Shown here piece after piece: positions 46,619-46,744 of a DNA stretch of 46,744 nucleotides (positions within the stretch are counted from its first letter, which is position 1; each line of letters begins with the position of its first letter). The translations under genes and the position numbers were made by a program. The notes below the pieces were generated by a model that searched no databases, was not told the origin of the DNA, and worked only from the letters and a program-made list of their open reading frames with translations. The stretch covers positions 1-46,744 of the IMG/VR virus record IMGVR_UViG_3300032295_004435; one strand, written 5' to 3'. The DNA comes from a virus. Taxonomy: Duplodnaviria; Caudoviricetes.

Positions 46619-46744
46619 ATGAAAAAATTTTACTTATATAAAATAATAAATCTCTTAAATAATAAGATCTATATTGGCAAAAGAGGTCATAAAAATCCAC
46701 ATCAAGATAAATATATGGGCTCTGGAGTTTTAATAAAGCAAGCA
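46619..46744 (+). CDS. GIY-YIG (Seg-like) homing endonuclease, partial, runs off the window
   Basis: MKKFYLYKIINLLNNKIYIGKRGHKNPHQDKYMGSGVLIKQA: YxY...YIG...YMGSG pattern. Confidence 0.8.
   Translation, partial: MKKFYLYKIINLLNNKIYIGKRGHKNPHQDKYMGSGVLIKQA

Noticed and set aside
1-46744. Alternative genetic code (TAG/TGA recoding), as seen in some large phages
   Set aside because: Conserved genes are full length under code 11, and TAG and TGA both act as stops at sensible gene ends
1-46744. Bacterial chromosome or eukaryotic giant-virus origin
   Set aside because: Divergent recA/dnaB/dnaG/dnaE are clustered with a dNMP kinase, RNA ligase, homing endonuclease and virion-like genes. There are no ribosomal or housekeeping operons, and sigma70 promoters plus tmRNA point to a bacteriophage.

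Overview
This AT-rich, densely coded window comes from a large (probably jumbo) tailed dsDNA bacteriophage using the standard genetic code. It has no rRNA, CRISPR array, integrase or IS. From left to right: (1) 1-9545 is a virion/tail-baseplate-like module of divergent proteins. (2) 9731-13998 holds accessory genes, including GT25 and a minus-strand block with a GT60/Gnt1-type hydroxyproline GlcNAc-transferase. (3) 13999-14315 is a divergent, palindrome-rich intergenic region with a perfect sigma70 promoter. (4) 14316-22201 encodes a dNMP kinase, a sigma factor, an SSB-like protein, a class Id-type ribonucleotide reductase with thioredoxin, and dUTPase. (5) 23020-27858 is a glycosyltransferase/methyltransferase/gmd cluster. 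(6) 28496-42366 is a replication/recombination module: RecA, DnaB, primase, a Cas4-like nuclease, and a DNA Pol III alpha split into PHP, DEDDh and catalytic-core genes, with GT4/GT9 genes embedded. (7) 42371-46744 encodes a degenerate kinase, macrodomain-like, SET, prolyl 4-hydroxylase and RNA ligase genes, a tmRNA with an unusually long 34-aa tag, and the start of a GIY-YIG endonuclease. The most notable candidates are a phage-encoded P4H + GT60 (Skp1-type hydroxyproline glycosylation) pair, the long-tag tmRNA with U73, the tripartite DnaE, a GT9 split across two genes, a recurring GTGTAA intergenic promoter-like motif, and a possible -1 frameshift in a GT8-like gene. All family calls come from motif recognition by eye; no searches were run.
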